A model generated the notes under the pieces. The model searched no databases and had not been told where the DNA came from. It worked only from the letters and a program-made list of their open reading frames with translations. A program made the position numbers and the translations under genes. A stretch of DNA of 62,522 nt, counting the filler, from Sphacelaria rigidula (lineage: Eukaryota): NCBI GenBank assembly GCA_964200075.2. It is 10 parts of 10 records of this genome, joined end to end, with 100 filler letters (N's around TTAATTAATTAA, not from the genome) between each part and the next. Parts side by side here need not be neighbours in the genome. Positions count along the whole stretch, not along the records: positions 56,361 to 62,522 come from CAXNAA020021837.1; 9 more parts are not named here. One strand, 5' to 3'. The first letter of the stretch is position 1. Each line of letters starts with the position of its first letter. This document shows, in pieces, positions 62,079 to 62,522 of the stretch.

Positions 62079-62522
62079 CTGTTCGGTTGTGCAGTGGAGG
62101 CAGGGTGGGAGAAGGGGGCGGGGCGGCGGGTGGGCGAAGGGCTGTGTTGGTCACTAGAATATGCCTGGATGGTTTATACCGTCTAGAACAACTCGTGTTT
62201 AGTGTACCACATGTAGGTTGTGCTTCAAACGCTGGGGTATAGGCCAGGCTGTAAAAAAATAAATAAAAATACCCACAGGTACTAAAATTAAGTTCTTCTC
62301 CAAGACTTTTTTCCCGCGCGCTGCACGATTCGCGTTCATTGTGGCGCTCATTGGTTCGTGCCTCAAACGCTGGGGAGTATGGGCCAAACAGTTGGAAACC
62401 TGCCCCCAGAAGGCCCACAGGCAACCGTTTTTTGAACTCCCCCCCCCCCCCAACAAAAAAAAGCATTTTCGAGCCCAAAACATTCCAACGGCAACGTAAC
62501 GTGAGCAAATTGTGGCAACTAC

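Overview
This is eukaryotic, intron- and repeat-rich DNA, most likely from a brown alga (Phaeophyceae). The taxon is inferred from a mannuronan C5-epimerase-like gene, a ROCO GTPase exon and an ASAFAP-type bipartite plastid targeting signal. The window is not one locus. It is ten unrelated contigs of 6162-6163 bp joined by identical 100-bp spacers (N44-TTAATTAATTAA-N44), so nothing can be inferred across spacers. Gene fragments I could splice by eye: a MAP kinase kinase (4 exons), a nicastrin-like exon, an unknown 3-exon fragment, a mannuronan C5-epimerase-like gene (6 exons), a ROCO Roc exon, a plastid-targeted membrane protein exon and an APC amino-acid permease 3' end. Mobile DNA dominates: a LINE family, a sister repeat family, a decayed Ngaro/DIRS tyrosine-recombinase element with split direct repeats, MULE/SWIM and RTE remnants, a tRNA-derived SINE, an LTR, and Stowaway-, Harbinger-, hAT- and Tc1/pogo-like MITEs. 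Most interesting: (1) two abundant retroelement families that end in ATGAGTAC+oligo(C) instead of poly(A), sit in C/G tracts and share a foldable 3' RNA structure; (2) an intact epimerase homologue whose catalytic YG(F/I)DPHD motif reads VGINPQD; (3) a PPT-LTR-PBS junction whose tRNA complement runs about 38 nt. All family assignments come from motif recognition, not database searches.
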